DNA from: Cyanophora paradoxa CCMP329
Taxonomy: Eukaryota > Plantae > Glaucophyta
NCBI GenBank assembly: GCA_004431415.1
Contig: QPMI01000294.1
Coordinates: 6,315 to 70,314, forward strand
Reading direction: 5' to 3'
DNA: 64,000 bases
The notes beneath the pieces were generated by a model that did not search any database, had not been told where the DNA came from, and saw only the letters and a program-made list of their open reading frames with translations. The translations under genes were made by a program, and so were the position numbers. Each line of letters starts with the position of its first letter. The stretch's first letter is position 1. This document shows, piece by piece, positions 36,110 to 46,833 of the stretch.

Positions 36110-37009
36110 ATGACGCGTCATTACCTTAATATTGATTCCAGGGACCGAGATGATGGAACCCCAACGAACTTCACTTATAAAATTCCCCATGCAATCCAAA
36201 ATGTGAGAGCCTGCAGAGTGACTAACTTTGAGATGTTCAATAACATTTACAATCTCAGCGAAAATGGAAGTTTGATTACAGGAACCTATGATGCTGGGGA
36301 TGTAATTAAAACTAAGAATAACACTATTTCAAAAGGGACATATACTTCGGATAGTTTGGTGAATCTTCTAAATGCCAAATTAGCTTCACAGGTGTATGGT
36401 GCAGCAGGAACTACCTATACTCGCCATTTCTACGTTACATATGATCCTGTTACCATGTTTCTAAGGTTCATGTGCGATGCAACATTTACCCTCACCTTTG
36501 GAAGTCGGATTTTAGCGAACTTCCTTGGTTTCCCAGATCGCAGACCTGACAGTTCTGAAAATGGTTACGCTTCTGCCCTGCTCGATTCACCTGTAACAGT
36601 TGGAGCTAATACTTATAATTACTACATTGACAGTGCTATACCGCTTGATCTTCTGTTTAACTCTTACATCCTTCTACATGTCGATCCACTCAAAGGCAAT
36701 TATGTTAGCAAGAATACCAGTGATGATAAAGCCCTCGCAAAAATCGAGATTGATCAAACGGTAGGCAGTCTGCTAAAATACGATTCATCGAATAATTCCA
36801 TGATCCTGCATGAGCAAAATGGTTTAGTGGAAGTGGAAACGCTAAAAGTTCGTCTCACATACTGGAATGGTGCTGAAACGGATATTACCACTGACTGGTC
36901 GATGACACTTGAACTCATTACGGAAGATGATAAAGATCTGACCAAGAAAGCATTGAAGAATGTCATTAAAGAGTTGGAGGGACTCTACTTGCCGTTCTCA
37001 CGGTCATAG
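36110..37009 (+). CDS. Minor capsid (penton) protein
   Basis: LNIDSRDR..PTNFTY, YILLHVD, LAKI and LKVRL..NG..DWSMTLEL pattern of single jelly-roll pentons. Confidence 0.87.
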   Translation: MTRHYLNIDSRDRDDGTPTNFTYKIPHAIQNVRACRVTNFEMFNNIYNLSENGSLITGTYDAGDVIKTKNNTISKGTYTSDSLVNLLNAKLASQVYGAAGTTYTRHFYVTYDPVTMFLRFMCDATFTLTFGSRILANFLGFPDRRPDSSENGYASALLDSPVTVGANTYNYYIDSAIPLDLLFNSYILLHVDPLKGNYVSKNTSDDKALAKIEIDQTVGSLLKYDSSNNSMILHEQNGLVEVETLKVRLTYWNGAETDITTDWSMTLELITEDDKDLTKKALKNVIKELEGLYLPFSRS

Positions 37010-37045
37010 GAAATACTGTAGAATAAATTTGTCTCGATATTACAA

Positions 37046-37794
37046 ATGGCAACTCGAAAGACCCAGCCAAAGAATTTCTTAGCCAAACCAGTTGAGCAAG
37101 CGGAACCAGAACGGAAACAGTTTAAGAAATCAAAAGGAACCGCTGCATATGGAACTGGTGATCTCGATAAAAATGTTCACCAGACCATGAATGCTCACAC
37201 AATTGCGCTTACTTCAAACTCAAATGATGATAATGCCCTGGTTGATCAAGTCCCACTGAACCGCATGCCTGGAGCCAAACGAGGAATCAAGAAAGGACAG
37301 TTCAAATCATCGACAAAGGACAAGGTTGCCTCATCATCAACACTGCTGAAACTGCTTGATGGTGGTGAGCGACTCTACTCAACCTATTCCGAGAAAGACC
37401 ATCGCAACCGCTACTTTATTCGTTCAACCACTGGTGGACTGAAATCTGTGACATACCAGTATGCTAAGAGTCTTGTTGATGGTATCGCAGCAGAGACCAA
37501 AACGAAAACAGGATCAAGGAACAGCCAATCACAAAGGAAAAGGTTGAGAAGAAACCAGAAGTAACCCATGAAGTCATCCCTGAACCTGTTCATGTTGCAA
37601 AAGAATCGCCAGCCGAATTGATTGCAAAGACCATCGATTATCAAGAGTCCAACAAAACGGATTTGCCGGTCCTCAATAAATCGATCCTTCGGGTTGCCAC
37701 TTCGCAGGCTGATCCAGTCAACTCGATTCCAAATGCTGCCCCAATGGTCTCAGGGTTTGCCAAGCTCGGTATTAAACCTGGTTATCGCCGTTAA
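37046..37794 (+). CDS. Basic hypothetical protein (~249 aa if a frameshift near 37500 is corrected)
   Basis: The Lys-rich ORF 37046-37564 continues in an overlapping open frame (ENRIKEQPITKEKVEKKPE...GYRR*) to TAA at 37794. Confidence 0.6.
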
Positions 37795-38101
37795 GGGACG
37801 GCTCACGCATCATTTCCGAATTAAAAAAATCTTGAACATTGTTAGCGCTACGTAACCAATCTTATCCCGTAGGCTCAAAACTTCTTCATTTTTATGGAGG
37901 CGTTGTAGAGCGAAGTGAATTATCCACAGATATCACTTTAATCACCTGTTCTACCGGGTTCAGTGGTAGAAACTTGCAGCCGACAAGTGAGCCTATTTGG
38001 TTTCGGTGGCTTTATCATTTTTCCAGCATCTTCTTTCAGAATTGGATGCTCTGCGATTGGGACCAAAATTTGACAGGAGTTTAATCGCTATATACAGACA
38101 G

Positions 38102-38135
38102 AAAAACTACTTAAAGATTTCTTAACATATATTAA
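38102..38135 (+). promoter_or_regulatory. Putative viral promoter AAAAACTACTTAAAGA-N-CATATATTAA
   Basis: Same bipartite motif as in PLV-1, about 19 nt upstream of ATG 38155. Confidence 0.65.
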
Positions 38136-38154
38136 GAGAGTAGAAAAGGACAAA

Positions 38155-38412
38155 ATGCCAATCAGTGAGGCTCAGAAGCGTGCTACTTACCGTTATCGTA
38201 AAACTGAAAAAGGTCAGGAATATTTAAAAAAGTATAATGCGAAATTCGCGAAGCAAATGCGTGATTTATACCATACTGATGAGTGTTACAGAGCCATGAG
38301 AATCGTTGAGAGTTCCCAGCGTCTCTATGCTTCCAATGCAGTCTGCTTTGTGAAGTATCTCTATGGTGTCCCGTATTCTAACCGTGGTCGCAAATCGAAA
38401 TATCTCTGTTAA
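38155..38412 (+). CDS. Conserved small basic protein (85 aa) shared with PLV-1
   Basis: About 68% identical to 5989-6243; NAVCFVKYLY.VPYSNRGRK is conserved. Confidence 0.85.
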   Translation: MPISEAQKRATYRYRKTEKGQEYLKKYNAKFAKQMRDLYHTDECYRAMRIVESSQRLYASNAVCFVKYLYGVPYSNRGRKSKYLC

Positions 38413-38599
38413 TCGTTTTTCTCAGCGCGATCTGCTCTGAGAAACCCGTGGGAACCGCGCTGGAACCACAAATAAAATCTTTCTGTTATTTTTAGAGTTC
38501 AATGATCGAGCCAACCCTTTGTTATTTTTATGAATGCCCTCGACTAAATATATTTTGTTGGAGACTTTTGGTTTTGCCGGTAAAATTTGACGCGAGTAT

Positions 38600-38637
38600 A
38601 AAAGTATTTAAAGAAAACTTTTGTAGGTATATATTAA
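38600..38637 (+). promoter_or_regulatory. Putative viral promoter AAAAGTATTTAAAGA-N-TATATATTAA
   Basis: Motif variant about 16 nt upstream of the pPolB ATG at 38654. Confidence 0.6.
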
Positions 38638-38653
38638 TAGAGTGAACAAAGAA

Positions 38654-41600
38654 ATGCCTCGACCAAGTAATCGAATTTCGAAGAATTTGCAGGATGAGAT
38701 TCTCGGTTACTACATGCAAGCAAAAGTAGAAGACAAATTGACCCGAGAGCAGGATATCTATTTCTTGAGAGAATTTACTTTCAAAGCAATTAGAATTCCA
38801 AAGTTGATTGATATCAGAGATACACTGAGAGGTATCGTAGAGCCTCGTTTGTATCGCAAGCAGGAGAAGAAGGAAGCCAGAGCGGAGAGGACTGCAAAGA
38901 ATGTTGCAAAACGGCAAGCAAAGACCAAAGAAGTGCAGAAATACAAAAGAAATCAGCAGAAGAAGGCCAAGAAGCAAGAGAGGGTTCAAAAATGGAAGTC
39001 AAAGCAGGAAGCCAACCAGGTTCAGGTAATGAATGCCATGAATCACTTAGTCGAAGAGCTTACATGGAAAAACGCTAAGAAAAACCTAATTAACACAATC
39101 CATCGGTTTATCACTGAGAAGATAGGATGGGATGATCTCCATAGAAGACTTCAAGAGGCTTTGGACAGACACAATGGAATTAAGTTCCAGTTCAAAGTGA
39201 AGGCCAATTACAAATACAAGGAGAAGCAAAATGGAAGGTGGACAGGAGAGTACCAATACGCAACCAGATATCCAAGCTCAATGCAGTTTTACCTAGTTCT
39301 TCCAGCAAATGACCTAACGGATATCGTAAGACAAGCTGTGGATGATCTGCATGAAATCATGACAGCCATTGAGTATGCAGAGGTTCACAATATTCTCGAA
39401 GTAACCCTACAAATTCTATCTTACACACCTCTGACAGGAAGTTCTTACATTCCTCTTCCAGAAGAGATTGAAAAGAGAAAGGCTGTTATCAATCCTAAGA
39501 ATGAAGACCAAGAATGTTTCCGACATGCTGTTAAGATTGGCTTGCATCACAATGATGTCATTCGAAACCACAGATCTGAATTGAAACGATACAGTAAGTG
39601 GGACAAGGAATTTGATTGGAGTCGCTTTGAGTTCCCAGTCAAGAATGATTCTAGAGTTTACGATCTAGCTTCAAAGATGATTGGTAGACCTATCAATGTC
39701 TACTTCCTTGATAACAAGAAACGAGTCTTCCCTATCCATGTGAACAAGAACCCAGCAGAGCAGCACAAGACCATTGACCTTTTGATGTGGAGTGATGGGA
39801 GAACACCCATTATGGCTTCATTTCAAGTCTATCGAGACTCATTCCAAGCTCACACAAGGAAACGAAGTATTTCTGTAAATGCTGCTTGAAGGGATTTACA
39901 GGTCAAAGGATCCTCGATAATCACATTAGACTAAGCAGATGCTATGAACGACCAACAGCAACTATTGATGTGATGCCTGAAGCAGGAAGCTGTATTATGT
40001 GGGATCCACAGAGAAATGCAGACAAAACAGTTTGGCATCCGATGTTTGCAGTTGCTGATTTCGAGTGTCTCCTGAAATCTGTTGAAAGTGTTGTGACTCG
40101 TGTTGATGAGAAAGGTGTTAAATACGATTCAAATAATAACGAGATCAACACCGAAATTTACCAAAAGCACATCCCTTGCGCTTACAAAATCATGATCATG
40201 CATAAGGACAAGATCCTAAGAGAAGTCCTCTACCAGAAACAAGATCCAAACAACGATGATGAGGTAATCAATCATTTCATGACAACTCTCAAAAATATGG
40301 AGGCTGAGTTGCTTGAAAAGGTGAGAGAGGTCGAGCCAATAAAGATGGATCGATATGATAAAATGAATTTCAAAGAAGCCACATGCTGCTACATTTGCGA
40401 GGATCAATTCGTTAAATATGGCGAAGAGGGTAAGGTTTTCATTACAAAGAAAGTCAGGGATCATGATCATACCACAGGTAAATATCTTGGGGCTGCCTGT
40501 GATAAATGCAACCTGAGAAGAAGGGTTAACCCTAAAATTCCTGTTATATTCCACAATCTGAAAGGGTATGATGGACACTACATTCTAAAAGCTCTCGGTG
40601 AGCATGCAGACCCAGGAAAAGAGATCCGCTGTATCGCTGAGAATTTCGAGAAGTTCAAGTGTTTCGACTTTAACAGCTACAAATTCGTTGATTCCCTGAA
40701 TTTCATGCAAGAAAGTCTTGACAAACTTGCTAGTAATCTCGGTCACAGAGACAACTATAAATACACCAATGAATGGTGTGACCAGCATACAATTACGGAG
40801 ACCCAAAGAGAACTCCTGATGAGGAAGGGATTCTTCCTTATGATTACTTGGATTGCCTTGATAGACTCAGCGAAACTAAACTTCCCAGCAAAGAGGCTTT
40901 CTTCTCAAAGCTTAATGATCGTGAAATTAGCGACAGTGACTACAAGCATTGTCAGAAGGTGTGGGATGCATTTGATTGCAAGACACTTGGAGATTACATG
41001 AAGATCTACCTTGAAACTGATGTGTTCCTTCTCGCTGATGTGTTTGGTCACAATTTCCGACAGAGATGCTATAAAGATTATGGACTTGATCCTATCCATT
41101 TCATTTCAGCTCCACACCTCAGTTGGAATGCTATGTTGAAACTTACGAAGGTTGTTCTCGAAAACATTGATGATGATGAAATGTATCGTATGTTCGAGCT
41201 TGGAATTCGTGGTGGAATATCGATGATAGCTACGCGGAATGCTCAGGCTAACAATCCATACATGAAGAACTTTGATCCAACAAAGCCAATAAAATACATC
41301 ATCACATGGGATGCCAACAATTTGTATGGATTTGCTATGTGTCAAAAGTTACCTATTGGTGATTTTGAATGGATCGATAACGTTGAAGACTTTGATTACA
41401 TGAAATTTGATGCTGATGGTGAAACTGGGGCATTATTGGAGGTTGATTTGGAGTATCCAGATCATTTGCATGATGAGCATAGCGATTACCCACTAGCACC
41501 TGAATCTATGGTAGTAACTGAGGACATGTTATCACCTTCCCAACTTGAAATGCTTGGTGAAGAAAAGCTTCCTGGAAACCGAAAGTTGGTACCCAATCTG

Positions 41601-42650
41601 AACAACAAACACAACTACGTTCTTCACATCAAGAATCTGCAATACTATGTATCAAAGGGTATGATTGTGAAGAAGATCCATCGAGGGATTGAATTCAAAC
41701 AATCGGCTTGGTTGAAACCTTACATTGATTTCAATACTGAGAAAAGGAAGCAGGCACAAAATGATTTCGATAAGGATTTCTACAAGCTCATGAATAATTC
41801 GGTGTATGGAAAAACCATGGAGAATGTCCGGAATCGTAGCAACATCAAACTCTGCCACAACCCAGAGAAGCAGGCGAAACTGAATGCAAACCCTCTACTG
41901 AAAAAGGTTAAGATCATCACCGAGAACCTGACAGCAGTTGAAATGTATCGTGGAACTATTCTTCTCGATAAACCAATCTATGTTGGTCAGGCGATCCTTG
42001 ATTTATCAAAACTTGTCATGTATCAGTTCCACTACGATTACATTCGCAAGAAGTATGGATCGAAAGCCAAACTCCTCATGACTGACACAGATTCGCTGTA
42101 TTACATTATTGAGACCGAGGATCTATACAAGGATATGAACTCTGACTCTCATTTGTTCGATCAATCGGAATACAGTCCTTCTCACATTTGCTACAATCCT
42201 CAAAATAAAAAGGTTCCTGGTTTATTCAAGGATGATGCCGGTGATTTGGTTGTAACTGACTTTGCAGGATACAAACCAAAGGCCTACTCTTATTTGAAGG
42301 ATTTGAATGTCAAGGCTCTTGGTTCGGAAGAAGATGTGAAAAAGGTGATTGCTAAAAGGTTGAAGGATAGTGGGAAAAGTTCAGAAGAAGATGTAAAGAA
42401 AGATACTGTAAAGAGGTTGAAGGGAATCCAGAGATGTGTAGTTAAAAACAAATTAGAGTATAAGCATTTCTATGATACTGTCATGGGGCAAGAGCAGGAT
42501 CCTGTTACAGTTAGAGGAATTCGTTCAAAGAACCACGAGGTATCAACACTTGAAATGAAAAAGAGGGCATTCAATGCGCTTGATACCAAGAGGTATCTTT
42601 GCGAGGATAAGGTGAATACTCTTGCAATTGGGCATTACAGAACTCGCTAA
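38654..42650 (+). CDS. Protein-primed family B DNA polymerase (putative TP, vOTU-like, EndoVII-like Zn finger, intact exonuclease); frameshifts near 39800 and 40836
   Basis: ExoI ADFE, ExoII HNLKGYD, ExoIII YLETDV; polymerase motifs WDANNLYG, KLMNNSVYGK, TDTDS and KPKAY. Confidence 0.95.
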
Positions 42651-42711
42651 GGTTAGGTTAAAGAAATTGATTGCTTATTGTAAGCGGCAAGCAAGCGAGC
42701 CTTAGCGAAGC

Positions 42712-43680
42712 ATGGAGCAGGTATTGAGCTATACAAAATATAGACAAAAGCTAATCAATGAGGGTGTAAAGTTTGATGAGGATGAATTGAAAAAGAGATT
42801 TAAAAACAGTGAATTGAATCAGATTTTCAAGAAGCCTACCAAGCCGAAATCGTTTCTTAGAATCGTAGCCCCACCCAATTCTTTTCAGGTTGATATTATA
42901 TATTTCAAGGATTATAAGACAGCAAACTATGGTGTGGATCGCATGCTAGTATTCGTAGATATTTTGAGTAGGAAGGGCTTTATATTTCCTTTCAAAATGG
43001 TCACTGGGAAGGAGAAGAACGATGAGAAGAAGATTGAGATTCTAAACAAATTTAAAAGCCAAGCTGGAACAGTCCAAGCTCTTTCCGGAGATAAGGAGTT
43101 TTCAGGGAATATTTACAAGAAATGGTGTGAGGATAATGGTGTGGTTTTATACACAGACATTGCCAAAGATGACCACATTACAGTTGGGGATAAACTCGGA
43201 ATAGTTGATAGGTTCACAAGAACAATCAAGCAGTATTTAAGGAAGGCTATAAAGTCAACTGGGAACTCGAAGTGGACTGAATTTTATGAAGATGTGCTGG
43301 CGACTTACAATAACAGTCCACACAGTTCACTGAAGAATGATTCTCCAAATGCTGTGTATGGAAATAAAGAAAAGGAAACGTATGTTTACTTTCGTGATTC
43401 ACTGCATAATAAGCATGTGAGAGAGGGATTACCAAAAGTGCAAGAAGGAGATTATGTGAGGGCTGTGAATCCAAAGGGAGTTTTCGAGAAAGAGGGTGCA
43501 AGGTTCAGTGAGAAAGTGTTTAAGGTGGCTGGTAAAGTTCAGAATAAATACAAACTTTTGGAGGATAATGAAGGTGAAACAGTTCGTGAAGTTCGAAGAA
43601 AATTCAAAATAAATGAGTTGCAAAAAGTAGATAAAGAGGCTGTCGTAAAGATACCAACCAAAAGAGAGTTGAGAGGGTAA
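42712..43680 (+). CDS. Retroviral-like (rve) integrase
   Basis: FQVDII, VDILSRKGF, SGDKEF, GIVDRFTRTIK, YNNSPHSSL and GDYVR..FEK..FS. Confidence 0.92.
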   Translation: MEQVLSYTKYRQKLINEGVKFDEDELKKRFKNSELNQIFKKPTKPKSFLRIVAPPNSFQVDIIYFKDYKTANYGVDRMLVFVDILSRKGFIFPFKMVTGKEKNDEKKIEILNKFKSQAGTVQALSGDKEFSGNIYKKWCEDNGVVLYTDIAKDDHITVGDKLGIVDRFTRTIKQYLRKAIKSTGNSKWTEFYEDVLATYNNSPHSSLKNDSPNAVYGNKEKETYVYFRDSLHNKHVREGLPKVQEGDYVRAVNPKGVFEKEGARFSEKVFKVAGKVQNKYKLLEDNEGETVREVRRKFKINELQKVDKEAVVKIPTKRELRG

Positions 43681-43789
43681 AGAAAACCACAAATGTGAAT
43701 CGAGTGGTTTCCCAAAAAGAAGGAATAAAACCAAATCGTAAGAAAGTAGTTAGAAAGAGATATAATTTGAGAAGTGGATTAACTAAACG

Positions 43790-44152
43790 TTAAGCTCTAA
43801 TATCAGATCCATCATCTGATTCAATAAATCTTGTAACTGGTTTGAATCTTTGAAATACATCTTTGTGGTGAATTCCTTTTACATACCACCCTTTGTTTAC
43901 AGGATCCCATCTGAGTCCCATACACTTTGCATCGAAATTATCTTTAAATTGAACTTTGCAGTAGATCTTTTCATTTCTGTATTTAATTTCTTTTTCATTG
44001 ATCGTTTGGAATTCTTTCAGTAAATCACTATTTGCATCTTCTGTATACCAAAGTTTCATTTCATAATCCCATTTTGCTCCTTTCTCTTTTGCGATTTTTC
44101 GATCATTGTAATCACAATCAAAGTAAAACTTCTTAATTGTATTTGTCTCCAT
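43790..44152 (-). CDS. Tandem DUF5710-like repeat protein
   Basis: Two repeats: YNDRKIAKEKGAKWDYEMKLWY and FKDNFDAKCMGLRWDPVNKGWY. Confidence 0.8.
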   Translation of the reverse strand: METNTIKKFYFDCDYNDRKIAKEKGAKWDYEMKLWYTEDANSDLLKEFQTINEKEIKYRNEKIYCKVQFKDNFDAKCMGLRWDPVNKGWYVKGIHHKDVFQRFKPVTRFIESDDGSDIRA

Positions 44153-44210
44153 TTTATTCAGATTATCATATTATTTTTATATGAAACAATCAATGAGGAT
44201 ATAACAATCA

Positions 44211-44450
44211 GATATAACTTCGATTAAATATAATTAATCGAGATTATGATATAACTTCGATAAATAAGATTTAAGATATAACTTCGATTAATTAATTTAA
44301 GATATAACTTCGATTAATTGTGATTGAGAGACTGAGAATTTGTTGAATTCTGATTGGTAAAGACTGAGAATCGAGAGGATTTTGATTGGGATTGTTTGAT
44401 ATATTGGGAATTAATCGATGTGGTGACAGTAGCCCCACTTTACCATTTTT
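44211..44450 (-). repeat. Right terminal inverted repeat of PLV-2
   Basis: Reverse complement of the left TIR, with 4 copies of GATATAACTTCGA. Confidence 0.95.
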
Positions 44451-46090
44451 TCCAAGGAGCACCCAGACGGTCGAGACTCCCTCGGAGGTGTTGAACGCTG
44501 TCACGGGGGGGACCACGAGCTCGTTAGCGGGGTAATCCTGAACGTCGTATTTGCTGGTGGGTCCGTAAACTCCCGATGTGATAGAGATCGCCCGGACGGA
44601 TCCGTTGATGAAAACCTCGTAGAACTGAGGAACGGGCGATCATGATCATGAAGCATTATTGTTTTAATTAATATTCATTAAATTCGAAGCGCGTCCGTGT
44701 ACTCACCGCAAGCGTGTCTGCATGTTGAGAAAGATGCAAATGATTAGGCGTTGAACGATGCGCGCGACACACGCAAGCTCATGATCTGATGATTAGGCCT
44801 GTAGGCTGGATAATCTTACCATGGTACTTTTCCCCAGCCAGGCCGTCTAAGATGATTTCCAGGCGGCTCATCTGATCGCAGCTCTTTATGATGCTGCGGC
44901 CACGCTTATGCTTAAGCTTGAGGTTGTGATTTACATTACACCGAAATTGACAGCTGACGCACTACGTTGCGCGTTCGTGCGGATATGTGTCGCCTGACCT
45001 CCAATAATGAGGGTTTGTTGTGTGCCCCGCTACCGTAGGCGGCGTATCGGTCGTCCCATCATAAGTTCCGAAGTAAGTGCTAAGGCTATAGCCCAACTTC
45101 AGAATGCACTTTCGGAACTCATCGTCGTCGTCCTACGAAGTCAAAATTAGAAATGAAATTGTCGTTCGACGAACTCATCGTCATCACCGTGAGCGTGTAG
45201 TAGCTGCTGTTCACGTACGCCTGATACCCGCGGTACGTGTCTTCATAATAAGGATACAGTTGCCTCATGCGAGGGGACGACGTGTCTGCGCAAGTCAATC
45301 GCGAGCTCGAGGTCAACCGTTGCAAGCAATATCGATCATTTGTGACTGGAGACTCACTCGAGGCGGGAACGCTTTGGTACGTGATCGCGAAACGGAAGGC
45401 GCCTCCGCTCTGGGTGCCGTCTATGCGAAGAACGGCGACCATCTGGTGTGACTCGCTGACGCAGGGGGTTGCGAAGCAGCGATGCAATATATCCTTAGCC
45501 GACCCATCTCTTATGCCCAAATTTTTGTACTCGTGAGTTTCGGCCGCGGGCGTTTTCCCATCCCTCGCAACCTTCCCAAGCGGGGTCAGGTCATTGGCCC
45601 CTAAATCGAAGAACTTCGCACGAGCAGGATCAGTTTGAATCGACACCCCCGCGAAACCACGCGGTCCGGTGTTCTCACCGCAAGCCAGTCCCCCTCACTG
45701 TTGGCGCTGTCGAGGCCGATCGTTGAGTAGCCTGCTTGTGGTCCTACTTTGACCTGGACCTTTTCGTTCTCCGGTGCAAGGAATGTCCTAATCGCAATGC
45801 CCATAGTCATCTCAACCGACCGAGTGAGCGAGCAAACGCGTGGCGGCGCACCACAATCTATACGACTCTAAATCAACGGTCATGCCCCTCGCGTCGTCGG
45901 GGAAATTGATAGTTTGCGGCGTGGAGGTCGCTGTGAGCGTGATAGCGTTCTGGGTCCATACAGGCGCTTGCGCGAACGCTTGCTGGAAAGACGCCATAAG
46001 CATCAAGAACACGCTGGCTGAAAGGAGAAAGCGGCCCCCAGCGCGGTGAGCAGCAGGGCTCACGCTTCGCGCACGCGCGCGTGCTCCCAT
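44451..46090 (-). CDS. 5' exons of the host secreted/surface protein gene interrupted by PLV-2 (signal peptide and CUB-like domains)
   Basis: ATG 46090 MGARAR..FLLSASVFLMLMASFQQAFA (signal peptide); CVSESHQMVAVLRIDGTQSGGAFRFAITY is CUB-like; the exon ..VSTVWVLLG runs into the TSD. Confidence 0.7.
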
Positions 46091-46709
46091 GCTTCCACAA
46101 GCTCCCGATCGCCTATAGCTACCTATAGCACCGATGTCGAAGTAATCCGCGTAGTCACGTAGCTACTAGGCTATAGGCTAGGACGCCTGTAAATTTGTTG
46201 CGCACAGATCGCTTGAAGCTCGACCCCCAGCCGCGCGGGGTCCCCGAGACTAGCCCCGCAGCTGAGCAGGGTCGGACCCGGCGCGGCTGGGGGGCCGGAC
46301 TGCGGGACGTCCGCCGACCGATCGCGTACTATACGCGACGACAGCTGCGCATGCAGCGGCACTGCTGCCAAGTCACGACATCCATGGCCATCTCTCGTGA
46401 GTCGTGACCCAACTATGTGACCCGCAGGTTGAGGGAGAAGCCGCTCACAAGCAGTGACAACACTGACAGGCCGCTCCTGATCTGGCCGCTAGCCTATAGC
46501 TAGTAGATATATTGCTATATTATGATTACACGAACTTCGGAAGCAAGACCAACTTGGCAACTTGGGACCTTGGGTTACTTGGCAACTCTTCAAGGCTTGG
46601 GCCGGGCTGCGCGCGCCGCGGCGTCACCGCCGGCGTGGCGCCGGGGCTGTGCATGTAGTACAGCCAATGCCATGATGTCAGCCATCATGGCATGTACTGT
46701 GATGTACAT

Positions 46710-46833
46710 GCCGGCGGGCCGGCGCCGGCGGGCCGGCGCCGGCCGGCGGCCCGGCGCGGCGGGCGGGCCGCCGGGCCGGGGCGGCGGGCGCCGCCGCCGG
46801 CGGCCCGCGCGCCGCGGCGCGGCCGGCGCGCGG
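46710..46833. repeat. 124-nt tract containing only G and C
   Basis: No A or T in the interval. Confidence 0.85.

Larger units (their letters stand above)
33211..44450. mobile_element. Complete endogenous Polinton-like virus PLV-2 (11.24 kb)
   Basis: TIRs at 33211-33489 and 44211-44450; TSD TCCAAG at 33205-33210 and 44451-44456; encodes ATPase, MCP, penton, pPolB and integrase. Confidence 0.96.

Noticed and set aside
1-44450. Classification as a Mavirus-type virophage
   Set aside because: The MCP is short (~408 aa) and the complete element has no maturation protease, so Polinton-like virus fits better pending phylogeny.
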